Source: Octopus sinensis
Lineage: Eukaryota
Direction: 5' to 3'
Assembly (NCBI RefSeq): GCF_006345805.1
Contig: NC_043002.1
Coordinates: forward strand, 90,086,001-90,150,000
Length of the DNA: 64,000 bases
Shown: positions 61,189 through 64,000 of the stretch, in pieces
Numbering within the stretch: position 1 is the stretch's first letter
Layout of the letters: the number at the start of each line of letters is the position of its first letter
Program-made: the position numbers and the translations under genes
Notes under the pieces: model-generated
The model's input: the letters and a program-made list of their open reading frames with translations, nothing else
Told to the model about the DNA's origin: nothing
Databases searched by the model: none

Positions 61189-62870
61189 TCAAGTCATTAA
61201 GAACGAAATGTTCGATTCTCTTAGACACCAAGTTTGACAGTCATTAATTCTAATTTTATCCTGACAAGTCTTTGTATTACAATATTGAAGCATAACATCA
61301 CTTTTCAAAATACAATTCACGATGTCTAATTATATTGTGAGTTTTCTATTGTAAATTAAGTTTTTTGAACCCATGGATTGATAAAAAAATTCGTGTTGTT
61401 TATGAATATGAGTTCTCTTGCATCCCAGACAGCTCAAAACAGCAATGTGTTTAGTGAAAATGTGGCATATGGGCACACTGTATGTTGATGGTTTGAGAAG
61501 TTCCAGTCTGGTGACTTTATTCTTGAAAATCGGCCCCGTGGTAGACCTGAGACCAAGGTGGATGATGATGAGCTAGAAACTGTAGTGGAAGTGGATACAT
61601 CTCAAACTACACATGAGTTAACAGCAAGGTTCGATGTTTCAATTCCAACTGTATTGGACCATCTGAAACAAATCAGAAAGGTAAAGAAGCTTGACAAGTT
61701 GGTACCAAATGAACTGAACAAGTATCAAATGACACATTGTCTTGGAACTTGCTGTTCTTTGCAGTCACAACATAAAAGTGAACCATTTTTGTATCATATT
61801 GTTATGTGTGATAAAATATGGATTCTTTTCAATAATAGCAATCATTCTGCACAGTGGTTAGATAGAGACGAAGTGCCAAAACACAGTCCAAAAAGGAATA
61901 TTCACCAAAAAATAAGCTAATGGTGTTTGTTTGGTAGTCCAGTGCTGGTGTCACCCACTACAGCTTCATGAGACCTGGTAAGTCAGTTACAGCAGATGTA
62001 TACATCAACCAATTTGGATGGGTGACAATTTCATATGACACCGCTAGAAAAAAACTGCCATTCAAACCGAAAAGATCCCAGAGAGATAACAGGGTTAATG
62101 CCACTACTGGGATGGTGAGAAGGGGTGTCAGAGAGAAACACGGAACACTATGCTAAGAGAAGTAAAGCTAAGTTAGGAGGAATGAAGGACAGAAAGAATG
62201 AGCAGGCAGAGGGATGTGATAATTGGGAAGTTAGCAATTAGCGATGGAGAAACCAAAAGCCAAGAAGGAAAGTTGACAGAATTAAAAAAAATGAAGAAAT
62301 ATGAAGAAAAAATGATGGAAAACGCAGAAAAATGACAAAACGAAACAATGAAGAGATGATGAGAAACTGAGGCAATGTGAAAGGTTTTATGAACGGTTTT
62401 AATAGATTTTAATAGATTACATGAACAGTGAACAGTGAGGAGGCCCTTTGAAATCCTCATTTGAAAATCTCAGTGAGTGAACGTTCAATTAAACAACTGA
62501 TATTGGTCAATAGAGATAGGCCAATTCTCTTGCAAGATAATGCTCGACCATATATTGCACAAAGAATGCTACTCAAGTTACAGGAACTGAACTTGGAAGT
62601 ACTCTGTCATCCACCATATTCAGCAGACCTTGCACCAACAAATTATCACATTATACAGGCATGAGACAACATTTTTCAAGGAGAAAACTTCAAATCTGAA
62701 AACGATGCAGAAACAGTCTTTCATGATTTCATCACCTCTTGTTCTCCAGAATTCTTCACTGCCAGCATAAATAAGCTACTGATAAAATGGCAAAATTGTG
62801 TTGATAATTTAGGTGCATACTTTTATTAACTGTATTGCTTTTTCTTGACATTTCATTCTTAATGATCTGA
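61189..62870 (+). mobile_element. mariner (DD34D class) transposon, decayed, with ~455-bp internal insert
   Basis: TA-flanked TIRs TCAAGTCATTAAGAACGAAATGT / TCAGATCATTAAGAATGAAATGT; peptides KKLDKLVPNEL (WVPHEL-like), FLYHIVMCDKIW and QDNARPY...HPPYSADLAPTNYH. Confidence 0.92.
62018..62473 (-). repeat. inverted copy of 63203-63638
   Basis: Reverse-complement match along the whole length, also visible in ORFs 61968+ and 63416-. Confidence 0.92.
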
Positions 62871-62871
62871 T

Positions 62872-63048
62872 ATATTAAAATTTAGCTAATTGACTTGCAT
62901 GAATTTTCTTAATTACTAATTAAAAAGTGACAATTTTACCAATATGCAGTGCATATTTCCCCGGCATCCATGCCCCAGTATTTTCCCAGGTTTCAGAATT
63001 ATTTCGGGACTCATGAAAGAAAAGCTTTATGAGAATATATGAAACAAA
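62872..63048 (+). repeat. ~180-bp direct repeat, right copy
   Basis: Matches 61005-61186. Confidence 0.9.
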
Positions 63049-63577
63049 GGCTAACTAAAGCGCTGAAGACAAACATGGACATTTAAGACATACTTAGGAA
63101 AATGTTTTGGACAGGCAAAGGATTAAGAGGAAAGTTGTTAAATTAAGGTATTTAAGACCTTTAAAACTTTTGAACTTTTGAAAAATTTAAGAGAGAAACT
63201 TTCTGAGATTTTCAAATGAGGATTTCAAAGGGCCTCCTCACTGTTCATGTAATCAATTAAAATCTATTAAAACTGTTCATAAAACCTTTCACATTGCCTC
63301 AGTTTCTCATCATCTTTTCATTGTTTCGTTTTGTCATTTTTCTGCGTTTTCCATCATTTTTTCTTCATTTTTTAATTCTGTCAACTTTCCTTCTTGGCTT
63401 TTGGTTTCCCCATTGCTAATTGCTAACTTCCCAATTATCACGTCCCTCTGCCTGCTCATTCTTTCTGTCCTTCATTCCTCCTAACTTAGCTTTACTTCTC
63501 TTAGCATAGTGTTCCGTATTTCTCTCTGACACCCCTTCTCGCCATCCTAGTAGCGGCATTACCCTGTTATCTCTCTG

Positions 63578-64000
63578 GGATCTTTTCGGTTTGAATGGCA
63601 GTTTTTTTCTAGCAGTGTCATATGAAATTGTCACCCATAATTATGACCCTAGTATCGATCTATTGCATTTCAATCTGTTTTAGGGTTAGGTTTAGTTAGG
63701 GTTAGGGGTGGGGGGGAAGGGTATCTTTTTTTCTTCAGAAATGTAAATAAACCCAATCTGTTTCTTAAACGAGGGACATATTCTTACGGCACAGAATGTT
63801 GTTTACCTCAAAGGACGTCAGTGATTGGTTGAAATTGCAGAAATTGAAGAAAAAAAACAACAAATATCTTACAAACTATAGAATTTTCTCAAGAAAGTGA
63901 AGAGAAAAAGATGTTTTATAAACACATTCTACCAATATACGAAGTTTAAAATTTTTTAGTTACCTAGAAATTATGTTAAAAACTGCCGTTCAAACCGAAA
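63578..64000. mobile_element. MITE of the 17996 family, opposite orientation, running off the window end
   Basis: Starts GGATCTTTTCGGTTTGAA; the window ends inside the far TIR (AACTGCCGTTCAAACCGAAA). Confidence 0.9.

Noticed and set aside
63680-63720. True telomere or chromosome fusion site
   Set aside because: Only a few imperfect TTAGGG units, internal to a MITE that also occurs at 18 kb

Overview
AT-rich, repeat-saturated animal genomic DNA with no convincing host protein-coding gene, so probably intronic or intergenic. The SINE families and dense (CA)n/(TA)n/(TATG)n microsatellites resemble an octopus genome; that is my inference from recalled repeat sequences. The window holds dozens of tRNA-headed SINE copies, labelled A-G here with my own letters, whose heads and tails recombine. 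It also holds three non-autonomous Helitrons, two internally deleted DD37D (maT) elements, one decayed mariner, hAT, piggyBac and Merlin-like MITEs, and remnants of RTE, RTE-BovB, L1/Tx1 and Copia elements. There are Penelope-like fragments with minimal hammerhead ribozyme motifs, a 5S rRNA/SINE-tail chimera and several minisatellites. The ~1000-aa ORFs at 24.5-27.7 kb come from a stop-free 52-bp satellite that grew out of a SINE. Most notable: SINE-B tandem arrays sharing one palindromic junction at three loci, the 5S-headed chimera, the hammerhead, and the local duplications around the mariner at 61-64 kb. Coordinates were read by eye, and the edges of decayed elements are approximate.
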